A model generated the notes under the pieces. The model ran no database searches, had not been told where the DNA came from, and worked only from the letters and a program-made list of their open reading frames with translations. The translations under genes were made by a program, and so were the position numbers. From Azolla caroliniana (Eukaryota > Plantae > Polypodiophyta), in the NCBI GenBank assembly GCA_043228905.1, contig JBHGNT010000013.1, positions 310,001 to 374,000 on the forward strand: DNA of 64,000 nucleotides, read 5' to 3'. This document shows, piece after piece, positions 13,002 through 26,319 of this stretch (within the stretch, counting starts at the first letter, position 1; every line of letters begins with the position of its first letter).

Positions 13002-14440
13002 ACTTAGAAGCGTGACATCGAGCTCCTTTACTCTCCCATCTAAGTACATTTTGGATCAACATTCAAGAGCTAAATTATTAAACATAGACAAAAAGAAATG
13101 CAAATAGATACAAGCATGCACAAAAATCACCATGAATAGAAGGGAGCAAACATACAAACACATTTTCCCAACACATATATATCTACACTTAGGGTTAAGT
13201 AACCATACATACATACACAACTAGATTTGTTTGTTTGTGTGCGTGTGTGAAGCAGACCATAACTATCCATGTGCACTAGCGAGAGGAGTGGTGAGAAAGA
13301 AACATCATGAGTGATTGAGTACAAATACTATGTGATATTAAATGAGTGCAAAAACGAGAAGCATTATTAAGCGACGTTTGTGTACGCAATTTAAACACAA
13401 ATAATTGCAAACATCTTGCAAAATGACGTTTGCATAGGCAATTTAAAAGCAACCAATGATTATTAAACTTATAAAGTAATTTAAAGGCTAGGCATATGTG
13501 TGTATTTATATAGTAATTTAATAATTCCTCGATTTTGATGACTTTTTACAATGGCCTCTAGTCATAAAGAAGACAAAAGAAACCATATAAGGCAGACATG
13601 CTTTGTTGTGTGGATTGAAACTATGTGGTGCCAACGAGGCCTCCCCAATGTTCAACAGCAATGGCGCCTTGAGTTGAAGTATTGTTCGCCGGCAGAAGAA
13701 GCTTTTGGTGATGACCAAAGAGCAAGGACTTGAATTCATCTTCTTTAAGCCCCCAACAAGTTCAGATGCTTGGTAATAAATGCTAAACCCTTTTATATAG
13801 AAAAAGACTCATTGAAGTACTTTTACATAGTAAAGGCTTGTGGAGATTCCACGTCTACGCCTCTTCATAAAAATCTCTACTACATATTGATGTATAATTA
13901 TATTGTTCTCTTACTTTCTCGCGATATATGTAAAGATAATGTGACATTTTTAGACTGAAACATGTTTGCAAAATCACGTGCATTATAATGGTGTGGTTGT
14001 GAAATGCTTTATCCAAAAAAAATATTTAAACATCCCCTTTTTCATAACACAGCTTCTATCGGCCTTGCACAAATAGAATGTGCATATATTAAATGAGAAG
14101 ATTTGTGAATTCAACACAAAAGAGAAGCATTTGTCTCTTTTGGTATTATTAGGACAACAAATCATTCCAAACATCATGTGTGGACTAATTTAAAGGCGAT
14201 GCATCATAATGAGGGTCTAAATTTGATGGGTTAGTATTAAAGTTTTTTACAAACATTTTTTAAAGATTGCAAAAACTAACATGTCATTTGAGCTACAAAT
14301 TTTAAAAATGAAAAGTTCTATATAATGTTATGTTGTTTTACATTTCATTACCGTAAAACTACATAAAGATACAAAAATCAACATACTACCTCACAAAGAT
14401 AATGAAATATATAAAATAAATATCTTGTTAACGTTTTTTC
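13002..14440 (+). repeat. Direct duplication, copy 1, upstream of the terpene synthase
   Basis: Near-identical to 15199-16610 (offset about 2197 bp); the ORF track repeats the same short peptides. Confidence 0.9.
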
Positions 14441-15198
14441 AATACAAAACAAACTTTATATGTCATAGACACTTTTATTACATGTATATTTTTTATGGGG
14501 AAAATGGCCTTTGACAGGCATGACACATGTCAAATTTTTGCCCTGATATGATTCATAAACTAATACAATAATTTATACATGTGATTTTTAGAAAAATAAA
14601 TAAAGAAATTATGCATGTGTGTAAATTAAAGGTAAGGAATCATAATCTTATACAATAATTTATACATGTGTGTAAATTAATGCTTAGGACCACCAATTGT
14701 AGGTCAGCTGCAACAAGTGGTAAGGGTGGAGAAGGGAGTGTAGATCTTGTAGAGGGTGTGTTGGGCGAGGGACCTTTGTGTCCCACATCTGCAAGTCTGC
14801 TTTCTATAATGGCAGTTGTACGCGATTCAGCCCAGCTCTTGTTTCAACTCTCATGTTAACGTTTTTAATCTAAAGCACAAACAAGATATGTATCAATAAT
14901 CATAATCTATTCTTGCAAAGTGGATACAATAAACATCAAACAAAAGATCATGCAAATTGAATACTTAGCCATTGTATGTTCCTTAAAGCTCAAAAAGCTT
15001 TAATACTAATACGTCAACTTTAGGCCTTGCTATCATTAAAATTTATATGATATTATTTTAAATATGTTACCAAAAAAAACATATAATATATTATTATACA
15101 TACATATATTTATATGAAAATATGTGGCATATATATAATATATATGACATGGAAAATAGAATTTGAGCATGTCATTTGACATGTATAATTTTTAGGGG

Positions 15199-16610
15199 AC
15201 TTAGAAGCGTGACATCGAGCTACTTTACTCTCCCATCTAAGTACATTTTGGATCAACATTCAAGAGCTAAATTATTAAATATACATAGAAAGAAATGCAA
15301 ATAGATACAAGCATGCACAAAAATCAACATGAATAGAAGGGAGCAAACATACAAACACATTTTCCCAACACATATATATCTACAATTAGGGTTAAGTAAC
15401 CATACATACATACACAACTAGATTTGTTTGTTTGTGTGCATGTGTGAAGCAGACCATAACTATCCATGTGCACTAGGGAGAGGAGTGGTGAGAAAGAAAC
15501 ATCATGAGTGATTGAGTACAAATACTATGTGATATTAAATGAGTGCAAAAACGAGAAGCATTATTAAGCAACGTTTGTGTACGCAATTTAAACACAAATA
15601 ATTGCAAACATCTTGCAAAATGACGTTTCCATAGGCAATTTAAAGGCAACGAATGATTGTTAAACTTATAAAGTAATTTAAAGGCTAGGCATATGTGTGT
15701 ATTTATATAGTAATTTAATAATTCCTCGATTTTGATGGCCTTTTACAATGGCCTCTAGTCATAAAGAAGACAAAAGAAACCATATAAGGCAGACATGCTT
15801 TGTTGTGTGGATTGAAACTATGTGGTGCCAACGAGGCCTCCCCAACGTTCAATATCAATGGCGCCTTGAGTTGAAGTATTGTCCGCCGGCAGAAGAAGCT
15901 TTTGGTGACAACCAAAGAGCAATGACTTGAATTCATCTTCTTTAAGCCCCCAACAAGTTCAGATGCTTGGTAATAAATGCTAAACCCTTTTATATAGAAA
16001 AAGACTCATTGAAGTACTTTTACATAGTAAAGGCTTGTGGAGATTCCACGTCTACGCCTCTTCATAAAAATCTCTACTACATATTGATGTATAATTATAT
16101 TGTTCTCTTACTTTCTCGCGATATATGTAAAGATAATGTGACATTTTTAGACTGAAACATGTTTGCAAAATCACGTGCATTATAATGGTGTGGTTGTGAA
16201 ATGCTTTATCCAAAAAAAATATTTAAACATCCCCTTTTTCATAACACAGCTTCTATCGGCCTTGCACAAATAGAATGTGCATATATTAAATGAGAAGATT
16301 TGTGAATTCAGCACAAAAGAGAAGCATTTGTCTCTTTTGGTATTATTAGGACAACAAATCATTCCAAACATCATGTGTGGACTAATTTAAAGGCGATGCA
16401 TCATAATGAGGGTCTAAATTTGATGGGTTAGTATTAAAGTTTTTTACAAGCGTTTTTTAAAGATGTATGTCATATGACATAAGATTGCAAAAACTAACAT
16501 GTCATTTGAGATACAAATGATTAAAATGAAAAGTTCTATATAATGATACAAAAATCAACATACTACCTTACAAAGATAATAAAATAAATATCGTGTTAAC
16601 GTTTTTTTAT
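15199..16610 (+). repeat. Direct duplication, copy 2, covering the putative MTPSL promoter region
   Basis: Starts ACTTAGAAGCGTGACATCGAGC as at 13002. Confidence 0.9.
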
Positions 16611-16803
16611 TTCAAAACAAAATCCTTCCATGAGTGATAAAATTTTGCACCTGAGAAGGGCCAAGGCATAGGTGTGTATTTATACATGTGTGTGTATATT
16701 TACATACTTAATTTAAAGGCAAGGCATCATAAATCGGATTCATCCATCAATCACTTAGTCTAGTATACGTCAAATTCAATTACTTGCTATAATCTTCGTA
16801 TTG

Positions 16804-18051
16804 ATGACAATGGATAACATGTTTCTCGCTCAAGATTACTCCTTTGATGACCAACATCGGCTCACTCACTTCAAGTATGACCTCACCCCTCACGTGCTTG
16901 CCAAAGTGAGCCAAACCTTGCCGGAGCTGCTAATGCGCGACGGCGTGATTGGTTGCCCCTTCCAGTGGAGGAATCATCCCGAGTGCGAGAAGCTCAAGAC
17001 CTTCACCGCGGAATGGGCCCGCTTCCACTTTGGTGGTGACATCATTAACATCAGCTGCGACAAATTGATAGGCTCGGACTTCCACTTGCTGGCCACCATG
17101 ACGGGGCCAGGCGGACGGAGCGATCGAATGCCTGCCGTCGTGAAGCTCACACTATGGTTCTTCATGTTCGATAACTTCGTGGATGAACCAACACACATGG
17201 GAGCCAACATGGGAGCCTCCCAAGAGACAGTTGATGCCATCATGAGCGTGTTCCACATCGCCGACAACAAGAACACGGTGGCCGTAGGAGGAGATGGCGA
17301 TGAGACAGAAATCGTGGGCATTAAGAAAGGCGTGGAGTATGGTGGCAATAGTGATTACGATAAGGCCATCTGGGTGATACGGGAGTCGGCGCGCGATTGG
17401 TGGGAGGAGATCCAGCAGTTGGGGATGTTGACGAGGCAACGATATCGGTTTGTTTCTTTGTTCAAACGGTACCTCAACGCCAACATGGGGCAGGTGGCAT
17501 TCCGGCAGAGCTGCATGATCCCTGACTTGGGCACCTACAAGGAGCTACGCCTCCACTCCAGTGGATGGTATGTGTGTAGCGTGATGCTAGAATTCGCATT
17601 GGGATTGGATCTTCCGGATGAGATCATGGAGCACCCGCTGTTGTCTGCGCTCAAGGTCGTCGCCTGCTCCCACATAATGTTCGTCAACGACATGTTCTCG
17701 TTCCGTAAGGAGCTCTCGGACGGCGACCTCATGAACCTTGTGCCAATCCTCCTTTGGCACAACCTAGGTGCCTGTAGCAACCAACCACCTGCTGCTGTAG
17801 AGGCGTTGGTGCAACAGACAATGTCGCAAGCATTGGGGTTGGTGAGGGAGCTGAACGAGGAGTGCGTGCGGTTGATGGCGAAGATACAAGTGTCTGTACG
17901 TGGCGGCAACGGTGGGGTGTTGGCAGAGGAGGCAGCAATGGTGGAGAGGTACGTGGAGGGAGTGTCGGACTGGCTGTCGGGGAGTTTGCGATGGCACCGC
18001 ATCTCCAAACGATATGTCAATAACAACAACAACAACAACAATTTACCGTAG
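16804..18051 (+). CDS. Microbial terpene synthase-like protein (MTPSL; class I terpene cyclase), intronless, about 415 aa
   Basis: Uninterrupted ORF with WFFMFDNFVDE (DDxxD variant), sensor Arg in LRLHSSG, NSE motif NDMFSFRKE and C-terminal WHRISKRY. Lacks the beta/gamma domains of typical plant TPS. First ATG 16804. Confidence 0.9.
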   Translation: MTMDNMFLAQDYSFDDQHRLTHFKYDLTPHVLAKVSQTLPELLMRDGVIGCPFQWRNHPECEKLKTFTAEWARFHFGGDIINISCDKLIGSDFHLLATMTGPGGRSDRMPAVVKLTLWFFMFDNFVDEPTHMGANMGASQETVDAIMSVFHIADNKNTVAVGGDGDETEIVGIKKGVEYGGNSDYDKAIWVIRESARDWWEEIQQLGMLTRQRYRFVSLFKRYLNANMGQVAFRQSCMIPDLGTYKELRLHSSGWYVCSVMLEFALGLDLPDEIMEHPLLSALKVVACSHIMFVNDMFSFRKELSDGDLMNLVPILLWHNLGACSNQPPAAVEALVQQTMSQALGLVRELNEECVRLMAKIQVSVRGGNGGVLAEEAAMVERYVEGVSDWLSGSLRWHRISKRYVNNNNNNNNLP

Positions 18052-18523
18052 TATTCTATACTGTAGTATTCTTGTAGCGAGCGCGCTAGCACTAGGTATG
18101 ACTCGACGCCACGACAGTGGTATGGGATGCCGATCGAGGCTCGAGTCCGTCTCGATCCCTTCGCTCGGGGGTGGTCAAGTGGATCGACACCCTTCTTTCT
18201 CTCTCTCCTTTCTATCTATTTATCTATATTCTATCCTTATCTAATGCTCACATTAGTTCATGTCTCTAATAGTTGGTATCAGAGCCTATGTTTTAATGTT
18301 TCTTTTGTTGGTTTTGTCTTCTTGATGGATGGCGATCGATCAACGTGCGGTCGACCTTGTTCCAAACAGTAATCAACAAAGGAACTTCAGTAATCTTTCT
18401 TGTTTTTTTCTATTCTTTCTTCTCTCAATTTAATCATGTGTATGGTTAATATGTAATTTTTTTTTATATATATTCAATGATGTTGAAGTGGTAATTAATT
18501 GGTTATATAAAATGTTTACATAT

Positions 18524-18775
18524 GTGTATGAGGTCAATACCTCATTTGACATATATTGAATATGTGATTAGTGTTGTATGCGCATGAGGTTAATACCTCA
18601 ATTGCGTATTACGCTCACATACATATGTTATGTATGTGTATGAGGTCAATACCTTGATTTCGTTGTAAATGATATACGTTTGGTGTCGTATGCATATGAG
18701 GTCAATACCTCAATTGTGTATTATGATTAAACCTTATTTTTGGATGTTTCATGTGCGTAGAGGCTACATGCCTCG
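18524..18775 (+). repeat. Array of palindromic TGAGGTyAATACCTCA units, 56-bp period
   Basis: Units at 18529, 18585, 18641, 18697 and a variant at 18759; the same array is at 55383-55635. Confidence 0.85.
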
Positions 18776-20099
18776 ATTACGTGTCTCGATTTCATCATAT
18801 GTTGGCTATTTGATGTAACCATTTGTTTAATGTACGCATATGTGGTCACGTGTATACGTATTTTATCGTATATACGTGATAAGTAAACATATGTGTATAT
18901 TTGATATTACGTGATTTCTATTGAATGTTGTCCTTGTTGGGAAAAGGATCTTGGTGTCCATCCTCACATTTTTGTGAGAATGGCGTTGTCACCGTCCCTT
19001 TTTTCAACAATTTTTTATTGTTGACATTCTCGTTCGTGACTTCAATTTTATTACGTAAAGAAATGCCTATAGCCACAATGATGTTGAGAACGTAGGGCTT
19101 GATCCACTTCATGTGAGGTCACTCCTATGACATACATATCCAACATCCCTCCCATGTTACATGGATATGATGCCACCATAATATCATTCTTACGAGAGGC
19201 ATTCGTAATGACGTAACCATGTGATGGGCCATGTGGGCCTACTACGAAACGAGGGCTCATTTGGCTTGACCATTAGGTCGCACTTTGGTGTATGCCATCG
19301 TAATTACGAGACTTGAGGTTAGGTAACGTTGTCGTGAAGAAACCCGGCCCTAAGAAGAATCAAAGAATTAAAGGCGTGAACCCGCCTTTGTACGACTATG
19401 CGCGAATTGATACATTGTACATAACTAGGAATAGGAAAACTAATGTAAACATACTAGGTATTAGATATTTACTAATTAGGAAATCAATGTGTATCTCTGT
19501 CAGAAGGGACAAAGAATAAAGTTAGCATGTTTTGATGTAACGGCCTCCTCGACGACCTATAAAAGGGAAGGGGAAAAGAAGAAGATATATCGCATTTTGG
19601 GGAGAAGAAAGGAGGTGTTGTCGGACTGGGAACTGAGCTCTCTCTTCCTCTATCATCATTCTCCGCAGGGTTGCCATCGTTGTAATTGTCACTGTTATTA
19701 TAATTGAATCTCTTGTTTCCGTCTACCTGTGTTATCGGTGTTATCTGGGTTTCTGGGAGTGTCTTCTTTCGCCTCTCTCGAGTGTGCTCCTTGAGTAAGT
19801 CGGCATACGCGTTGGTGGTTCAATCACATGGGAAGTGCTGCCGGTTGCTGACAGGCCTAGTAGGCCTTGCACTTGCGTGCTTCTCACTTCCTCTTATCTC
19901 TCTTGCTCCTTGGTTTAGGGCCCCCGTGGTCCTGCCTTATTTCACACGCGAAAGCGTAACAACATGACATATTTGGTGAACCCGACATGAAACAGGCGGC
20001 TGAGGAGTCGAAGATGAGGGGGTCGGAGCTCGCTGAAGCCATGGCAGCGGCAATCGATCGGATAGTAAGCTCGCGAGGGCATGAGCGCCCTCGACAGGG

Positions 20100-23000
20100 T
20101 CATTGAAGCAATTGTCGGCACGATAGGCTGGCTTGATAGGAAGGACGCTACGAGCTACTTGGTGGCCTACTGAGCCGAGATGGTGATGAGGGACATTCCG
20201 GAGGATAGGTGTCTGTTCGGGTTCCCTCGGGTGGCAACATTGGGCATCCACGCAGAGGTGCTCGAGGTGTAGGCGGGATGCCGAACTTGGGGAGAATTCG
20301 AAACACGGCTCCTCGAAAGGTACGTGCTTGATGATGTGCTTCGGTTATTGAAGCGGGACTTCATGGAGTGGGTGGAAACCCCCGGAATGGGGAGGAATGC
20401 GTTCGGCGCTCCTCCGGGAGTTCGAAGAACGCTTCGCATGGCAGCTCTCAACGCTGGATAGGACTGTGTTGGACACGAGCCGTGTCCTGTTGTTTGTCAA
20501 ATCTGTGGACGTGCGAGATAGGGGCCAGGTGGGTCTCCTACTGAAGACGGATGATGGGCTGACAACCGATTGGGCCATTGTCAAGGGGGTCTGCAGCCAC
20601 TTCGACAAACAGAGAGAGTGGGTAAACGAGAAGTCATTGGCGACGGGACCCACCCCGGCAAGGAAGTTCAACGAGCCTTTGTCGGCACGAAGGGAGGAAA
20701 CCCGGGATTGGCTTGAAACTGGCCTATCGACCAGAGCGGTCAAGGGCCCATCCGGGGGAGCGGCTCTTGAGGAGCTGACACACATGGTGTGCGACCTGCA
20801 GATCGCGCAGGCCCGGAGAGACAGTGGAGGGTAGCCACGCGACCGAAGGCCGCCGGCTGGACAACGGTGTATGTGGTGCGACGCGGTCGGGCACAGCCGG
20901 CGAGACTGCGTGGAGTTTGCCGAAGCCCTCAGGGGTAATGTGGTGTACCTATGGAACGGATGGGTGCACGCTGGTGATACTCAGAGAGAGGTGGAGACGA
21001 ATTTCGGGTGTGACGGGATGAAGCGGCTGATGGAAGAAGTGGAGGCGCGCCATGTGGAGGTCGTCCATTATTCAACATCGACTGGGATCCGGGTGGGAGG
21101 TGACGAAGACCAGAAAACGAAGGACTCTGGCTTCTGGCCCTCGGTGCTAGAAGGCCTCTCCGGCGCACGACTGAAGGGGGAGGAAATGAGTCACGCAGAG
21201 CGGCGGGTCTAGGAGGTCACTGAATGGGATGATGTGGTTGAGGAGAAGACCGGTCTCGTAGAAGCCGCGTGCCAGTACTATGAGGTTCTGGTAGAAGACA
21301 AGTGCACTGGAAAGGCTAGAGGTGCCGGGCCCTCACAGTGGTACGAGACCCAGTTCAGGCAGAAGCAAGACGATGGCAGTAACCTAGGCGCACCTGACAA
21401 AACGAAGTGGGCCAGTTACCAGCTAAGCACCGAGATTGAAAGGACGATAGACCTACGGAAGGTTCTAGAAGAACGGATCCTCGACAGCAAGGTCGAGCTG
21501 TCTTTGCAGGAAGTGCTTGGGATCCTGAAGAAGGAATTCCACGATTCCATCATAGATCTAGTGAAGCGCAAGTGGCTCTCTACAGAGTTGGAACTGGAGA
21601 AGCCGATGGAGGTGCAGACGGTGCACCCGGAGGATGCGGCCCTAGAAGGCGAGTTGGTAGAGAGCCACTACTCGAAGTTACACTGGACCAAGGCCACCAC
21701 GGAAACCCCTGTCCGGATCAAGGACGTGCAGGAGCTGGTGATTGCGTGATAGACCATGGTTCAGAGATAAACCTGATGTCCATGGACTTCTACAGGAAAG
21801 GGAAGTGGCCAATCAACACCAAGCACAGTTGGAAGATACGAGCGGCATTGCACACCACAGAGGAGTTGCACGGGGCGTGCCTGAATGTACGTGTGAAGAT
21901 TGGGGACGTCGAGGTAGATCAACATTTCTTCGTGCAGGAGACGTCCTCGCACTTGGTGATACTCGGCGAACCGTACATTATGGCGGCACGGATGGAAAGA
22001 AAGGTGCTTGATAATGGGTCGGCATACGCGCGTGTAAGAAGCCAAGATGGATGACACTCCATCCAATTCCTGACAGTAAGGCCGAATCATGAGCGTAACC
22101 ACGAGATCCTCGGGGGTGATAGCCGAGGGGATTTTTATAGATGGCTATCGAGGCGTGGGGCCGCGGTTGTCCGGACACCCCGGGGAAACCCCACACCTGT
22201 ACCATAGGTAGGAAGTTTTGGTTTTCCAATAACGGAGGTTGTATGATAGCCGGCATCGCTGGCCGGGAGAGGAGGCGGATAGAGGAATGACTTAGGACAT
22301 GCGGAGTCCTCGATCCCGATGAGGAAATAAGTGGCACCATGGAGGCGGTCTCTTTCGACGACACCCTTGGGGAAATCGGGAGGGTGATCGAAGAATGCCT
22401 CAGTGAAGACTGGATGATTCCGGTTAACTCGGTGGGAATGTACGAAGTCATTTCCGACTTCGGGAAAAGGGTCAGGTCGGATCAGACAGCCTGCGTGGAT
22501 ACAACGTACAAGACTATGGACCGGAAGGTTAGGCTAGTCGTGGCACCCTTGCCGGAGGGCAGCAGGTTATGGATGAAAGGGGTCACATCGGACCCAAGTC
22601 TATGGGATCCGGATGGCATAGGACACCGGTTCACCAACACAATGCTACGGGAGCTCAAGGTTGGTGGGGGTATCCTCCTACTGCCAACGGAGGAGGAAAG
22701 GTTTCGGGGAATGCTCGGAAGGCACGGGAAGGCCTTCACGTTTGCGTCGGGGGAGATCGGGTGCGTGGACCCGAAGGTCGTGGAACCAATGATGATCTTC
22801 ACGGTACCACATGTGCCGTGGAATCTCAAACCGATATCGGTGCCCATAGCTTATGGATCTACTGAAGCAGAAGGTGGAAATGGGCATCCTTGAGCCATTG
22901 AGTGCCCCATATTCAAACTGGTGGTTTACGGTGCCAAAGAAGAATGGCACGTTGCGCTTCACTCAGGACTTGCAACTGGTCAATAAAGTGACCATTCAAA

Positions 23001-25550
23001 ATGCAGATATCGGGCCGACCGTTGATGAGTTTGCAGAAGCCTTCGCCGGAAGGTCAATCTATTCAGTCGGTGATCTACATTTGGGGTATGACCAGTTCCA
23101 GCTAGCCATAGAGAGTAGGGATATCACGACGATGCGGACTCCTCGCGGCCTAGTCTGGATGTGTACCCTGCCGCAGGGAGGGACCAACTCGGTGGCGCAC
23201 ATGGTGAGTGCGATGAACAAGGTGCTGAGGGACTGCATCCTAGACATCACCATGCCATTCTTGGACAACATCCTGATCAAGGGATGTCCGGTGGGGGATA
23301 AGGACGAATAGGTCAGGCCAGACGGATGCTGGAAATTCGTCGCGGACCACATCAACGACTGCGAGAAGGTGCTACAGAGACTTGAGAGCGCGGGGTTCAC
23401 CCTCTCCGAAGAGAAGTCCGCTTTCAGGCATTCGGAGATCCTAGTAGTCGGGCACTTGTGCGGGCCTTACGGCCGGAAATCGTCTCCCGTGAAGGTGGAG
23501 GCCATCTCTGCGATGAAGGATGATTGCAGGTCGGTTACGGAGGTCTGAAGGTTCTTGGGGGTGTGTGCGTTCTATCACATTTGGATTCCGCACTACGCAC
23601 ACGTGGTGGAACCACTCTACGGGCTGCTGAAGAAGGGGCGTAAATTCGAATGGGGCAAGGATCATACGGAGTCGATCCGGAGACTGAAGGGGGTGCTTAC
23701 TACGACACTAGCTCTTCGAAAAGTGGTTTACGGCAAGGAGGTCCCAATCTACGTAACCGTAGATACAAGCCCGACCAAGATAGGATGGGTGATCAATCAG
23801 GAGGACGAAAGCGGCACGCGGTTTAGGGTTCTCAATGAGCGACAGCGAGGATACGCCCAAGTTAAGCGCGAACTGTGGTCAAGGCCGATAAAGACTACTT
23901 GATTGGGATAGAAGTAATCATCGAAATAGACTGCCTGCTAATCCTCGGTATGGTCTCCGGATGCGCGACTCCGGATTTGGCAATGCTCAGGTGGATCGCG
24001 TACATTAAGTCCTTGGATCCGGCGATACGACACATCTCCAGAAAGGAAAACACCATGGCCGATATGATTTCTAGAGCGCCGTTCAATGACGAGAACGACA
24101 CGGTTTCGGAGGACGAAGAAGTCGTTGTAGACTTCTTTGAGTTGGCTCGTGTAGCGACAAGGGGCAGGGAGCACTCCAGCGCTTAATGAGTTCAACGAGA
24201 GTGAGTATGACGGGGAGTGGCTCCAGATCGGGAAGTTCCTGAGGACAATGACGCCGGACGCGGCATGGACTAGAGAGGAGGCTAACCGGATCCGGAAGAA
24301 AGCATACCGATTCTTCCTGTGGGACGGAAGTATAGCTCCCAAAGAAGCGAGGCGGTGTTCCACTCCGCGTATTGGCGAGAAGGGACGAGCAGGACGAGTT
24401 GTTAATGGTGTACCACGAGAGTCCTTGGGCCAAACACCGTGGCACTTGGGCCACTTTCGAGAAGCTGACGAAGTAGTATTGGTGGCTGGGGTTGTACCGG
24501 GATGTGCACCAATTCGTGACAACGTGCGAAAGCTGCCAGATGCACTCCTCAATCTGGCATCGGGATGAGCTACACCCGACCTACCCACCAACCGTCCATT
24601 TCAAGTGGATGGTGGACTTAGTAACGATGCCAATAGGAGTAGGGTAGATGCGGTACCTGGTGTTGGCGCGGGAGGATTTGACGAACCAGGTGGAGGGTCA
24701 CGCACTACAAAACAAGACGACTGGGGTAGTCTGCCAGTTCCTGATTGAAGAAATAGTATGCTGGTATGGGTCTGTGGGGAAGATCGTGGTGGACCGGGGA
24801 GAACTGGATGCGCAAGAAGCTGAGGAGTTATTCGATCGGTTGGGAGTCAAGCTCTCTCTCACTACGGCGTACAATCCAGAGGCGAACGGGAAGGTAGAGC
24901 GCGGGCACGGGCCAATTGTGAAGGCACTAGTAAGAGCATGTGAAGGACGGGTTGGGAATTGGCCGCGGCTCCTCCCTTACGCATTGTGGGCGGACCGGAC
25001 TACGCACAGTTCGGTAACCGGGTTCATGCCAACAGAACTGATGTACGGGCAAAAGCTGATCATGCCAGTAGAACGAACGATCTCCTCATGGGTGGCGATA
25101 GATTGGAGGGGTGAGATGAGTTGGGAAGAGCTGTTGGCGGCGCGGATTCGGTAGCTCGAGCGAAGACCGGAGGACGTGGAATGGGCAAAGGTGAAGTTGC
25201 GTACGGCGGGGGAAAGGAACAAAGACAAGTTCGACCGAACACATCGACTACGGCCAAAGATGATCAAAGAAGGCGATTGGGTGCTGGTCTACGACAAAAG
25301 CCTCGACAATCAACACAAGGCAACACATAAGTTTGGGAAAAGATGGTTTGGGCCCTACACCGTGACGAGCACGAACAACAATGTCACGTATCATCTGGCG
25401 GAGCTCGACGGAGCGCGGATAGCGGTACCAGTGGCCGGTAAGTGGATAAAGGTGTTCAAGAAACGACATGCCGATGGACCGGACTCGGCAAGCGCAAATG
25501 ATGGTAATGACTGGACTGGCACGGACGGTGACTCGGAGGATGAAGAATGA
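20100..25550 (+). pseudogene. Decayed gag-pol of the Trp-primed gypsy
   Basis: Zn knuckle CMWCDAVGHSRRDC, PR IDHGSEINLM, RT GYDQF / LPQGGTNSV / FLDN, RNase H VTVDTS..ADMISR, INT VVDRGE / YNPEANGKVERGH / WFGPY. Start is approximate. Confidence 0.9.
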
Positions 25551-26319
25551 TCACGGGCCGGTCTTCTCCGACAGATAGACAATCTGGCACGTACCAGTGG
25601 ACGTGCGGTTTGGTGAGGGTGGATGTCACGAAGAAACCTATCCCTAAGAAGAATCAAAGAATTAAAGGCGTGAACCCGCCTTTGCACGAGTGTGTGCGAA
25701 TTGATACATTGTACATAACTAGGAATAGGATGGCAGATGTAAACATACTAGGTATTGGGTCGAAGCACGCTACGGTGTACCAGAAAAGTACTGTTTTTTG
25801 CCACAAAAATTGTCAGTACTTTCAATACTTTTAGTACTGAATAATTCAGAAAAAAATTAGAGAAAAAGAAAATCGATTTTGGAGAGTGGGGTGACTGTAG
25901 TACAAGTGTCATTTACTGTAGAAGGAGTGGGGGGAACACATGAGGAGATGTTCTTCCATTTTGGGGGCTATTTTCCCCTCACGTCGATTTTGGCGCTTCC
26001 CCTCACGTCGTTTTGGCGCTTCCCCTCATACTGCTCTTCCTCTATCCCTTTGAGCTTTTCATCATAGACATCCATGTCACGTTTCTGATTTTCCTTCAAT
26101 CTAAATCTCAGACATCCATGTCTGGTTGGAGAGTTTGAGTTGAGGATTTCTGATTTTTTTAGGGTTTCCGTTTTTGTTAGGTTTAGGTTGAGGTATAGAG
26201 ATTGTTCTGAGGGTTTAGGTAGCAGCCAATAGTCACTTCTTCGACAACGACTTTCTTACTTCCACCGATTGCAGTTGATGTCGTGGTGATTTGGGGCTTT
26301 TTCCACCAAATCGAGGCGG

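Noticed and set aside
16804-18051. Bacterial or fungal contamination
   Set aside because: The ORF is contiguous with plant retroelement and AT-rich flanks, and MTPSLs are known plant genes.
18524-18775. True CRISPR array
   Set aside because: No cas genes, eukaryotic retroelement context, and spacers 1/3 and 2/4 are related, pointing to tandem-repeat origin.
22120-22140. -1 frameshift site after the protease of the Trp-primed gypsy
   Set aside because: GATTTTTA is an imperfect slippery heptamer and the element is too decayed to fix frames.
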